Source: Candidatus Kuenenia stuttgartensis
GTDB taxonomy: Bacteria > Planctomycetota > Brocadiia > Brocadiales > Brocadiaceae
NCBI RefSeq assembly: GCF_900232105.1
Contig: NZ_LT934425.1
Coordinates: 4,050,001-4,082,000, forward strand
DNA: 32,000 bases
Direction of reading: 5' to 3'
The first letter of the stretch is position 1, and each line of letters starts with the position of its first letter. Below the pieces are notes generated by a model. It searched no databases, had not been told where the DNA came from, and saw only the letters and a list, made by a program, of their open reading frames with translations. Shown here one piece after another: positions 8,778-18,600 of the stretch. Both the position numbers and the translations under genes were made by a program.

Positions 8778-10149
8778 TTACCCATCAACAATCTCCCAAT
8801 GCCCGCCTTTATCGGGACCGATGCGTTTGAGAATCCCCTTTTTTCTAAGTCTGGTTATATGATATTTTATTCCATCATCAGTTATTCCAATAAGTTCAGC
8901 CAGTTCTTTTTGAGTGATATCTGATTTCTTAGCGATAGCTTCTATAATTTTCTGGGTAGTTTTCTGGGTAATATCTTTCCCCGCTTTAAGAGAATACCTT
9001 GAATCACGGTAAAAAATGACCCGAAAGAACGCATCCATTTCAAACACAGGTTCTTTCAGTCCGGCCTCGCGCATAAGCTCTCTCATACGCTCGATACCAG
9101 AACCCATACGCTCAACTTTACCCATGCGATGGAACAGATCGGCAATAATCGGATTTCTTCTTACAGATGGCTTGCCGAAATCCCGCTTTGTAATTCCATC
9201 AGGCAATCCGCCGGGGTTTTCTATTTCCACGCGATCATCAAATATTCTTACATAAATACTTGTTCCGTTAATCGTATAATTCCTGTGGACTATAGCATTA
9301 ACAACTGCCTCCCTTAAGGCGTCTAAAGGAATCTCATAAATGTCAAAGCGGTCAAAACCCCGAATTTCACTGCGAACGTTTAAATGTTTCTTTAAAAATG
9401 CAACGGCTCCATTAAACTGGGTTAAGAGGTCGTCTTTCACATCATTTCTGTCATAAATATTCGTTTTATCCGTTCCCTTAAAAGATGCAAAGATGCTTTC
9501 TGCGAGGGATGAACTTTTCAACTTTGGAAGAAAACATTAAAGCCCCTGTATTGTTGATTTTGTCTTTCCTGTAAATGCTCAGACTTGTGAGAAAGGAGGC
9601 AAGATTTGCCTTGCTGACCTTGTAAGACATATTTGCTTCACGCAAAAATGATTTAACTTTCATAAGCGAAATATCCTTAAGGCTTAAATCTCTGCAAGGG
9701 ATATCCTCAAAGGAGATATTATCGGTTTCACGAAAAAGAGACCGCACCTCCCGATGAGTCATCTTCTGTGTCACTGCGTCAAGCCGTCTGTAATAACCGG
9801 AAGATGAACCATAAGGCTTTTCATCTCCCTCGGCAACCTCAACAACAACGATATTTCCCTCTTGATGGATTTTCTTAATGTGAATTGACGGATCACAGTT
9901 CCTGGCAATAGCATTTATTTCTGCTTTCATTTTATTGGTCAGTTTCTCACCAACAACCTTTCCTCTATCATCAATACCGAGAAGCAATAAACCGCCTTTT
10001 GAATTGGCAAAGGCGACAATATCACGGTCAATCTTTGGCGTGTATCTCTCCTTAAACTCAACCGTTAAGCCTTCGCCTTCTTTAATCAGAATGTTTATCT
10101 TGTCAGCATCTGTCATTGGATATCTCCCCATCTTCAGCAGTTCAACCAA
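8778..10149 (-). pseudogene. AlbA_2 (Schlafen-type) / RecG-like ATPase-domain protein, split by a +1 frameshift
   Basis: ORF 9478..10149 carries the AlbA_2 half (EGEGLTVEFKERYTPKIDRDIVAFANSKGGLLLLGIDDRG). ORF 8778..9521 carries the C-terminal half (FKGTDKTNIYDRN...LREAVVNAIVHRNYTINGTSIYVRIFDDRVEIENPGG). Removing one A from the AAAA run at 9480-9483 gives HLCIFKGTDKTNIYD and rejoins them. Likely start MTDADK near 10116. Confidence 0.85.
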
Positions 10150-10579
10150 TAAAAACAGTCTTTAACCCTTTATCGTTGGTAAATTCTGCCTGTCTTTTAT
10201 CAGAGGTAATAAATGTCAGCGCTATTCCTGTTGATTCCTGAAATAGCAGCGCCGAGGCTATGTGGATAGCATCAAGGGTTCGCGCACTTGAATGCAATAG
10301 AATTTCCTCAGTCCTCCTTAATACATCGTCTGTAAGTCTGACTATTTCAAGATACGGCAAGTCTTTTTTCACGCGGTTCACTAACCTGTCAAAGGTCTTA
10401 TCATCTATCTCTTTCCCTTGCCTTCGCCTTGAGAAGGCTGAAAAACACTCGCTCGTAAGAATGGCGGATGCAAGGAGTCTGTTTTCTTTGACCAGTTTCC
10501 TTACCTTGTCCGACCCCTCTTCCTTCAGGAATATCTTCAGATATGCGCTTGTATCAATATATATCCAGGGCGGGTTCAT
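10142..10579 (-). CDS. PIN-domain toxin (VapC-like ribonuclease)
   Basis: 145 aa: WIYIDTSAYLKIFLKEEGSDKVRKLV...LASAILTSECFSAF...RTLDAIHIASALLF...LTFITSDKRQAEFTNDKGLKTV; expected acidic residues present. Confidence 0.88.
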   Translation of the reverse strand: MNPPWIYIDTSAYLKIFLKEEGSDKVRKLVKENRLLASAILTSECFSAFSRRRQGKEIDDKTFDRLVNRVKKDLPYLEIVRLTDDVLRRTEEILLHSSARTLDAIHIASALLFQESTGIALTFITSDKRQAEFTNDKGLKTVFIG

Positions 10580-10861
10580 TTAAAACCTCTCTTCCCTTCC
10601 CTCTATGATGGTTTCGGATAAAGGCTTTCCTGTAATCGCAATAGTCCTGCCAAGCGGCAACTTCCCTTTAACAGCCCTTCGCAATATTCCCCGATCTTCC
10701 AAACTTTTGATCTTATCGTCCGGCGTCCCCTCTTTCATGATCGGCTTGATAACGGCAACAGGGTTTCCCCTCTCCGTTATAACAACCTCCTGCCCTTCTC
10801 TGACTAACTTCAGATATTTTGAAAAGTGCATATTTGCTTCCCTTAATCCAACTTGCAGCAT
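10580..10861 (-). CDS. Phd/YefM-type antitoxin
   Basis: 93 aa: VGLREANMHFSKYLKLVREGQEVVITERGNPVAVIKPI, typical Phd/YefM N-terminus; directly abuts the PIN toxin gene. Confidence 0.88.
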   Translation of the reverse strand: MLQVGLREANMHFSKYLKLVREGQEVVITERGNPVAVIKPIMKEGTPDDKIKSLEDRGILRRAVKGKLPLGRTIAITGKPLSETIIEGREERF

Positions 10862-10993
10862 ATCAGTCCTCCTTTTGTAGTTATGTTACTACAATTTATC
10901 TGTTTATACCTTCTGTGTCAATTTGTTTTTAAAGACCTTCAGGGCATTTCATTTATAGCGGTGTGCGCCACAACTATCATAATCTATTTACGA

Positions 10994-11188
10994 TTATATA
11001 ACTTTCCATCTGATAGTAAACAGTTCTGTTTGTTCAATCTTCTGCTTCAACCCCGCCTCAATTTCTTCAATTAATTGGTTTTTTTTATTATCCACGTCAT
11101 CCTGTGTCTGATACAAATTTAAACGCATGGTGTTTCGTTTCTTTTCCATTTCCTTTATCTGCCTATGTGCCATTACGCTACATAACAA
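10994..11188 (-). pseudogene. Possible C-terminal fragment of a SNF2/DEAD-type helicase
   Basis: 64 aa: KRNTMRLNLYQTQDDVDNKKNQLIEEIEAGLKQKIEQTELFTIRWKVI; resembles the basic coiled-coil tail of large helicase-family proteins. No preceding domain in the window. Confidence 0.4.
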
Positions 11189-11245
11189 AATTTGGTCTTC
11201 AGTTTCAAACGAATGAATTGTTAAGTTAATTACAGATAACCAGCC

Positions 11246-11357
11246 GGGAGCATTCCCGTTTTTTTGTAACCGTTAATGATGGGGTCAGGACGAAACAACC
11301 CAGACAGGGTTTGTAACCTAGTCAGTGTTGTTTTTTCCTGACCTCATGAACGGTTAC
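11246..11357. repeat. Diverged relative of the 18885-19024 MITE-like element, with a ~92-bp imperfect palindrome
   Basis: Starts GGGAGCATTCCCGTTTTTTTGTAA and includes AAACAACCCAGACAGGGTTTGTAAC, paralleling 18885 onward. 11266-11357 starts GTAACCGTTAATGATGGGGTCAGGA and ends TCCTGACCTCATGAACGGTTAC. Confidence 0.7.
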
Positions 11358-11480
11358 CAGGTTTGTAACCCGGCAGGAATCACGGCTGGATAACGAAAAA
11401 TTATTGACACTGTGGGATGTTATGAATTATATTTTGCATTAGTAAAAATATTTTTAATATTTCATTCTGCAAAATCTCTG

Positions 11481-11876
11481 ATGACAAAAATACAAACAGC
11501 CAAACTTCTTTTAATTTTAGTATCCATTGCATTCTGTTTATCGAATGCCACTATGGGCAAGATTATCACACACGAACATGAACTTCATTTTGAACACGGT
11601 ACTGTTCATGTTCATCATACCACCGGAGATCATGGCCCAGGAGAAACTGACCATAAAGACGCAAAGGATATTTTGTCTTTCGATTATTTACCTGCAAACC
11701 ATTCCAATTCCGCCAAGACGATTCACGCCATTAAACCATGTTTGTTTTCTCGTTTTTCACTTCAACCAGATGACCTATTTATCTGCATTTCTTCAAAGAA
11801 TTTCCATTTCTTATCTTTCCGCCAATCTTCTTCCTCCAATAAAATATACCAACTCAATTCTGCTTATCTTATCTAA
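11481..11876 (+). CDS. Small secreted/membrane histidine-rich hypothetical protein
   Basis: From ATG 11481: MTKIQTAKLLLILVSIAFCLSNATMGKIITHEHELHFEHGTVHVHHTTGDHGPGETDHKDAKD..., hydrophobic N-terminus then a His/acid-rich stretch, just upstream of the metal efflux operon. Confidence 0.55.
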   Translation: MTKIQTAKLLLILVSIAFCLSNATMGKIITHEHELHFEHGTVHVHHTTGDHGPGETDHKDAKDILSFDYLPANHSNSAKTIHAIKPCLFSRFSLQPDDLFICISSKNFHFLSFRQSSSSNKIYQLNSAYLI

Positions 11877-11980
11877 ACAATTCGTATTACCACATTTCCC
11901 TTTGTTCGCAAATTTGTTTTCTTTCGGAAAATAGCGTCATTTTCATCGACTTTATTTTTCTATAAGGAAGCATCATCGAC

Positions 11981-12160
11981 AAACAGGTCGCTCCTATGGA
12001 GCTTTGATTGATTTAATCAATTTCCGTTATTACAAACAGTTCGTCCCTACGGGACTTTTACAAACAAATTATCCTTTTAGCTCCATCAGGAGCATACTGT
12101 TTGTAGTAGATAGAGATTATATTCCATACAGTTGGTTAGCTCCGTAGGAGCGGCCTGTTT
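11981..12160. repeat. Intergenic repeat cluster bounded by 23-bp inverted repeats
   Basis: AAACAGGTCGCTCCTATGGAGCT (11981-12003) versus AGCTCCGTAGGAGCGGCCTGTTT (12138-12160), 21/23 inverted match; internal GTCCCTACGGGAC and GCTCCATCAGGAGC palindromes and ACAAACAG/CTGTTTGT motifs. Confidence 0.7.
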
Positions 12161-12236
12161 ATTCTCTTATTGTTCATGCTTTGTCTTTCACCCGGTCAAC
12201 ATAAAAAGGTCTCATGCCATAAATAGGAGTAATAAA

Positions 12237-13529
12237 ATGAATTTTCTTAAAATTTTAAGTATTGCAATTCATCTGTTTATCGTTACGCATTTTGCAATAT
12301 CTTTCAATACCACTTTAGTGATTGCTTCTGATTTGGAATTCAAACAGAAAGAAAAACATCTAACCATTGAAGACGCTGTAAATATTGCAATCAATAATAA
12401 CCCCATCATTATGTCAAAGAAACATACCGTAGGTGCTGCCCAAGGAAAGATAAAACAGGCTCAATTAATGCCAAATCCGGAGATTACGCTGTTAACAGAA
12501 GAGATACCCACAGAAGAAATAGGGTTAAATCAAAGCCAAAATATGGTTTCATTATCGCAAAAATTAGAGATTGGCGGCAAAAGAGGACTAAGAACAGATG
12601 TGGCAAAAAAGGAAAAAAATATCCTAAGCTTTGATGTACAAACTACCATCTGGAATATTACAGCACAGACGAAAAAGGCATTCTTTGATCTTCTCACAGC
12701 GCAAGACGAATTAAACCTTGCAAAAAAGACCGTTGAAATAGCAATGAGCTTGAAAAACCTGTCAGACAAAAAGTTTAAAGTTGGTGATATATCAAAGTTG
12801 GGAGTTCTTAAGGCGGAAGTTGAATTATCCAACGCAAAAACAACTGTAGTCGAAGCTGAAAGGAATATGTTTAATGCAACTAAGAGATTGCAAACTGTTA
12901 TGGGGACAACAGGGGCTCCTTTACAAAAGCTTGTTCCTATTCCTGTTACCGATGCGCCGCTTCTCAAATTGGAAAAACTAGAGGAGTTATCATTAAAAAA
13001 TTATCCTGAGTTACAAGCGCAAAAAAGTATTGTCAACCTTTCGTTATTAAAGGTTAAAGAGGCAAAAAGAAAAATGATCCCGGATATTGATGTATCTATA
13101 GGATATAAGCGTCTTTCAGCAACAGATGACGATACAATCCAGGCTGGAATAAGCCTTCCTTTACCTTTTTTCAATAGAAACCAGGGCAATATTATCGAGG
13201 CAAAAGAATTGTCACACAAGTCAAAAGATGATGAGGCCGCCGCTAGAAACAAATTATTACTTCAATTGGACAATGCTTATTCTATGTACGCTTCAACTCG
13301 TGAACTGGTTCGTTCTTTTATTGACACGATAGTCCCACAGGCTGAAGAATCTTTGAAGATGTCAAAACAGGGATATGAACATGGTGAGTTTGATTTCCTT
13401 GAAGTATTAGATGCCCAACGAACATTGGTGACCGCAAATGTTTCATATTTAAAGGCTTTAAACGATCTTTTTACTTCAATAACAGAAATTGAAAGACTTG
13501 TCGGAGTTAAGATTTCTGATATTAAATAA
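12237..13529 (+). CDS. TolC/CusC-family outer membrane efflux protein
   Basis: MNFLKILSIAIHLFIVTHFAISF signal-like start preceded by taggag; repeated TolC-type helices (LFDLLTAQDELNLAKKTVEIA; HGEFDFLEVLDAQRTLVTANVSYLKALNDLFTSITEIERLVG). Confidence 0.9.
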   Translation: MNFLKILSIAIHLFIVTHFAISFNTTLVIASDLEFKQKEKHLTIEDAVNIAINNNPIIMSKKHTVGAAQGKIKQAQLMPNPEITLLTEEIPTEEIGLNQSQNMVSLSQKLEIGGKRGLRTDVAKKEKNILSFDVQTTIWNITAQTKKAFFDLLTAQDELNLAKKTVEIAMSLKNLSDKKFKVGDISKLGVLKAEVELSNAKTTVVEAERNMFNATKRLQTVMGTTGAPLQKLVPIPVTDAPLLKLEKLEELSLKNYPELQAQKSIVNLSLLKVKEAKRKMIPDIDVSIGYKRLSATDDDTIQAGISLPLPFFNRNQGNIIEAKELSHKSKDDEAAARNKLLLQLDNAYSMYASTRELVRSFIDTIVPQAEESLKMSKQGYEHGEFDFLEVLDAQRTLVTANVSYLKALNDLFTSITEIERLVGVKISDIK

Positions 13530-13591
13530 TTTCATATTTACCACTTAAATTACTGAAAAATTAAAAACCTTTTTTACACAAGGATACTTAC

Positions 13592-15142
13592 ATGCTAAGA
13601 ACGTTCTTTATGAATAAAATAATCATTTCATTCGTCATCGTTGCAGGCTTATTAGCGGGCTGTAATGATGACAATCATAAACACGTTGATGCCGAACACG
13701 GTCATTTGCACGGAGACGAAGTACATACAGACGTAGAGCCTGAACCGCTTGCTTACACCCTCTACACAGACAAAATGGAACTGTTTGTAGAGTTTAAACC
13801 TTTGATCGTAGGGAAAACCTCAAAGTTTGCTGCACACTTTACCCGATTAGGAGAAAATTTCAAAGCAGTAACAGAAGGTTCCGTAACAGTCCGCCTGATC
13901 GGAAACGAGAGGCCATTAACGGATAAAGCCGAAAAACCATCATCTCCGGGCATATTCCGATTGGCTTTGAATCCTGAAAAACCCGGCACATATCAGTTGG
14001 TCTTTGACATCCGTACTAAGGAATTTTCCGACAAAATCATGATAGAAAACATCACTGTTTACCCTGACGCAAAAACCGCACTGTTACATCAACAGGAACA
14101 AACAATCAACGAAGAAATTGTTTACCTGAAAGAGCAGGCATGGAAGATAGATTTTGCCAATAGGGAAGTAAAAAGACAGCCCTTTACAGAAATAATCAAA
14201 ACCACAGGACAAATCTTGCCTGCACGGGGAGACGAGATAACTATAACAGCAAAAAGCAGCGGTATCATAACATTCGGAAACAATAAAAAACTGATCGGTT
14301 CTGCTGTAAATGTAGGCGAAACATTATTTGTAATTTCAGGAGCCGGTTTAACAGAAGGTAATTTAGACACGAAATACAAAGAAGCAAAAAATAACTATGA
14401 AAAAAGTAAAATAGATTTTGAAAGAGCCACAGAGTTGGCGAAAGACAATATCATTTCACAAAAACACTTTCAGGAAACACAACTCCAATACAAAAATGCC
14501 CAAACCACTTTTAATACTATTGAAACCAACTACACTGCTGGTGGACACAAAATCAAGTCGCCAATACAAGGGTATATAAAAAATGTGGTGATAAGCGAAG
14601 GAGAGCATGTTGGAATCGGGCAACTCATCGCCATCGTTTTCCAAAACCGCAAACTCATTTTAAAAGCCGAAGTGCCTCAAAAGCATTTCTCAAAACTCAA
14701 CAGTATTTCATCAGCGAATTTCATAACTGCCTATGACAGTAAAATATACCGCACTGACAGCTTAAACGGCAAGCTCGTTTCATATGGAAAAAGTGCCGAC
14801 AACAACGCTTATTATATTCCGGTAAACTTTGAGATTGACAATAATGGTGAAATCATTCCTGGTTCATTCGTAGAGGTGCTTCTAAAAACCAATGTAATTA
14901 GAGATGCTTTAGTAATTCCTTATTCAGCGCTCATAGAGGAACAGGGAAATTACTTTGCATATGTGCAAACATCGGGTGAGGGATTTCAAAAGCGTGAATT
15001 AAAAACCGGAGTCAATGATGGTATGAATGTACAGGTATTAGCAGGTATAAAGGAAGGCGAAAGAGTTGTCACTAAAGGAGCCTACCAAATAAAATTAGCA
15101 ACAATGTCAGGTAAAATGCCTGCTCATGGACACGAACACTGA
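13592..15142 (+). CDS. Heavy-metal efflux RND periplasmic adaptor (CzcB-like), predicted lipoprotein
   Basis: Lipobox-like LLAGC, His-rich N-terminus (HKHVDAEHGHLHGDEVHTD), HlyD-like core (GQILPARGDEITITAKSSGIITF; YKEAKNNYEKSKIDFERATELAKDNIISQKHF). Start may be 13610. Confidence 0.9.
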   Translation: MLRTFFMNKIIISFVIVAGLLAGCNDDNHKHVDAEHGHLHGDEVHTDVEPEPLAYTLYTDKMELFVEFKPLIVGKTSKFAAHFTRLGENFKAVTEGSVTVRLIGNERPLTDKAEKPSSPGIFRLALNPEKPGTYQLVFDIRTKEFSDKIMIENITVYPDAKTALLHQQEQTINEEIVYLKEQAWKIDFANREVKRQPFTEIIKTTGQILPARGDEITITAKSSGIITFGNNKKLIGSAVNVGETLFVISGAGLTEGNLDTKYKEAKNNYEKSKIDFERATELAKDNIISQKHFQETQLQYKNAQTTFNTIETNYTAGGHKIKSPIQGYIKNVVISEGEHVGIGQLIAIVFQNRKLILKAEVPQKHFSKLNSISSANFITAYDSKIYRTDSLNGKLVSYGKSADNNAYYIPVNFEIDNNGEIIPGSFVEVLLKTNVIRDALVIPYSALIEEQGNYFAYVQTSGEGFQKRELKTGVNDGMNVQVLAGIKEGERVVTKGAYQIKLATMSGKMPAHGHEH

Positions 15143-15176
15143 TAAAATTTTGAATTTTAAATTAAGGACAATTTCA

Positions 15177-15527
15177 ATGAAAAAGGACAATATAATACTT
15201 GAGAAAACCTTTGATTTTGCTTTAAGCATTATCGAGCTGTATAAAAAAATGACTGAACAAAAGGAATATGTTTTGTCGAAACAAATTCTCCGGAGTGGAA
15301 CAAGTATTGGTGCAAATATAGAAGAGGCGATTGCAGCACATTCAAGAAAAGATTTTGCAGCTAAAATGATACTTGCATCAAAGGAAGCAAGAGAGACCCG
15401 ATACTGGTTAAGGTTACTTCAAAAGAGCCAGTTGGTTAAATTAGAATTTACAACTCAATTAAATGACATTGAAACTATAATCAACATTATTACTGCTATT
15501 GTAAAAACTACCCAGAGGAAATCTTGA
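15177..15527 (+). CDS. Four-helix bundle protein (23S rRNA-intervening-sequence protein family)
   Basis: MKKDNIILEKTFDFALSIIELYKKMTEQKEYVLSKQILRSGTSIGANIEEAIAAHSRKDFAAKMILASKEARETRYWLRLLQKSQLV, canonical S23 pattern; listed ORF start 15126 lies upstream. Confidence 0.9.
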   Translation: MKKDNIILEKTFDFALSIIELYKKMTEQKEYVLSKQILRSGTSIGANIEEAIAAHSRKDFAAKMILASKEARETRYWLRLLQKSQLVKLEFTTQLNDIETIINIITAIVKTTQRKS

Positions 15528-15570
15528 ATTATGAATGTTAAATTTTAAACAAAAAATAAACAGTCAGTAA

Positions 15571-15623
15571 ATTTAAAATCTAAAATCTAAAATCCAAAAT
15601 CCAAAATCCAAAATCTAAAATTT
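15571..15623 (+). repeat. Heptamer tandem repeat (AAAATCY)n
   Basis: aaaatctaaaatctaaaatccaaaatccaaaatccaaaatctaaaattt; period 7, between the S23-family gene and the RND pump. Confidence 0.85.
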
Positions 15624-15628
15624 CTACC

Positions 15629-18600
15629 ATGTTAAATAAAATTATACAATACGCCCTAAATAATCGCTTAATGATTATGGCAGCCTCAGCACTGCTTTTA
15701 ATAGCTGGCATTTATACGGCATCCATAATGGAAGTTGATGTATTTCCTGACCTTACTGCGCCAACGGTAGTAGTGTTAACCGAAGCGCACGGAATGGCTC
15801 CGGAAGAAGTCGAAAAATTAGTAACCTTTCAAATTGAAACGTCAGTCAATGGCGCCACCAATGTACGCAGGGTAAGGTCATCATCTGCCGCAGGAATATC
15901 AATTGTTTGGATAGAGTTTGAGTGGGGAACAGATATTTTTAAGGCACGACAAATCGTTAGTGAAAAACTGACAATCATTGCAGAAAAGCTACCACTGGGA
16001 GTCGGAAACCCTACAATGGCCCCTCAATCATCCATCATGGGTGAAATTATGCTTATCGGTTTATCATCGGAAAATACAACACCAATGGATTTAAGAACCA
16101 TTGCCGACTGGAATATACGGCCCAGGTTATTGGCGACAGGAGGAGTGTCGCAGGTTATTGTAATTGGCGGAGAATACAAGCAATACCAAATACTTGCCTC
16201 TCCTCAAAAAATGAAACATTACAACATTTCTTTAAACGAATTGCTGAGGGCAAGTAAAGAAAGCAATCTTAATGCCTCAGGCGGTTTTATGAACGAATAT
16301 GGCAACGAATACATCATAAGAGGTGTTGGAAGAACAAACAGCGTGGAAGAAATAGGCAATGCAGTAATCAAGGTTGTTGCTAATGTGCCGGTAAAAATAG
16401 AGGATGTTGCAGAGGTTAAAATAGGCGGAGCAATCCCTAAAATCGGGGACGGTTCACTCAAAGCAAGTCCGGCAATTATTATGACCGTAGCAAAACAGCC
16501 GGGAACCAACACCCTGGAACTCACAAAAAAAATTGATAATGCTATTACAGAGATTGCCAAAACCCTGCCTTCCGACATCAAAATCAACACCAATATATTT
16601 CGTCAGGCGGATTTTATTCAGGCTTCCATAAGTAATATTCAAAAAGCGCTAATTGAAGGTTCTGTCTTTGTAGTTATCATTATGTTCTTGTTCTTAATGA
16701 ACTTCCGAACCACCATTATATCCCTGATTGCTATTCCCCTTTCACTTATCGTTTCCATTATCACCCTTAAATTTTTGGGATTAACCATCAATACCATGTC
16801 TCTTGGCGGAATGGCAATAGCCATCGGCTCATTGGTAGACGATGCTGTTATTGATGTGGAAAACGTCTTTAAACGTCTAAAGGAAAATGCACAAAAAAAT
16901 AATGAAGCACGAGAAAGTACACTTGTTGTAGTTTATGATGCCTCAAAAGAGATTCGCTCATCAATCCTTAATGCGACCCTTATCATTATTGTTGCTTTTA
17001 TCCCCTTGTTTTTTCTTGGCGGGATGGAGGGAAGAATGTTGCGGCCTCTGGGGATCTCCTTTATCGTTTCTCTGTTTGCATCCCTGATTGTTGCGGTAAC
17101 ACTCACCCCTGTGCTTTGCAGTTTTATGCTTACCAACGACAAAATGCTTTTAAAGCAGGCAAAAGGCAGTTGGCTGGAAAGAGGGCTTCACCGATATTAT
17201 AATTCCGCATTAGGAAAGATAATGAAAATTAAAAAGACATTACTTGGGATATCCATCGTGTTGTTCATTATGGCGATTTTTCTAATGTTTGGTTTGGGAC
17301 GGAGTTTCTTGCCTGAATTTAACGAAGGCACTTTAACGGTAAATGCTGTCAGTATGCCGGGCATATCACTCGAAGAATCAAATAAAATTGGAAACAAGAT
17401 TGAAAATATCCTACTGTCGGTGCCAGAAATTTCAATTACTTCACGCAGAACGGGAAGAGCCGAATTAGATGAACATGCACAAGGTGTAAATGCCGCTGAA
17501 ATTGATGCTCCCTTTGTTTTGGCGGAAAGAAGCAAGGATGAATTTATGAAGGAAGTTCGAAAGAAATTAAGTGCTGTCTCTGAAGCGAACATCACCATCG
17601 GGCAACCCATAGGACACCGTATTGACCATATGCTTTCAGGCACAAGAGCCAACATTGCCATTAAGCTTTTCGGAACAGACTTATCCAAAATGTTTTCTGT
17701 TGCTAATCAGATAGAGCGCACCATTGAAGGCATAGACGGACTTGTGGATATTAGCGTGGAACAGCAGATTGAAATTCCGCAAGTACAAATAAAAGCGAAA
17801 CGGAATATGCTGGCTAAATATGGTATTTCAATAGGTCAATTTGCCGAATTCATTGATGTTGCCCTTGCAGGCGAAAAGGTATCTCAGGTTTTTGAGAGAA
17901 ACAAAAGTTTTGATTTGGTATTACGATTTAATGATGAAAACAGGGGCAAAATAGAAAATATCCGCAACGTCTTAATTGATACCAATATCAATCCAAACCA
18001 ACAATCCAAAATTCAAAATTCAACATCCAAAATCCCTTTACATTATATAGCTGATATTGTTTCAACAACAGGCCCCAACACCATTAACCGGGAAAATGTA
18101 CAACGGAAAATTGTGGTTTCAGCCAATGTGGCCGGACGTGATTTAAAAAGCGTAGTAAACCAAATCAAAGAAAAAATAGATGATACTGTTCAGTTGCCGG
18201 AAAATTACCGCATTCAATATGGCGGACAATTTGAAAGCGAAGCAAAGGCATCAAAAATATTATTCTTCACCTTTTTAATGGCTTTATTCATCATATTCCT
18301 TTTGCTTTATCAGGAATTTAAAAATATCAGGCTTGCAGGCATTGTTTTTCTCAATTTGCCTTTGGCGCTGATAGGCGGCGTCTTAAGCATTTGGTTTACA
18401 GGAAAAATCATAAGTATTCCCTCTATCATCGGGTTTATTACACTGTTTGGAATAGCGACACGTAACGGGATATTATTGGTTTCACGCTATCAGACATTGC
18501 AGAGTCAAGGCGTTGCTTTGTATGAAACCGTCATTAAAGGCTCTTTAGACAGGCTAAACCCGATTCTCATGACTGCCTTAACTACCGCTTTGGCATTAAT

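Noticed and set aside
11527-11934. 135-aa plus-strand ORF overlapping the His-rich ORF
   Set aside because: The overlapping frame starting 11481 has a signal-like start and His-rich pattern; this one lacks any sensible composition.
15571-15623. Tandem repeats that might be a CRISPR array
   Set aside because: Units are 7 bp with no spacers and there are no cas-like genes in the window.
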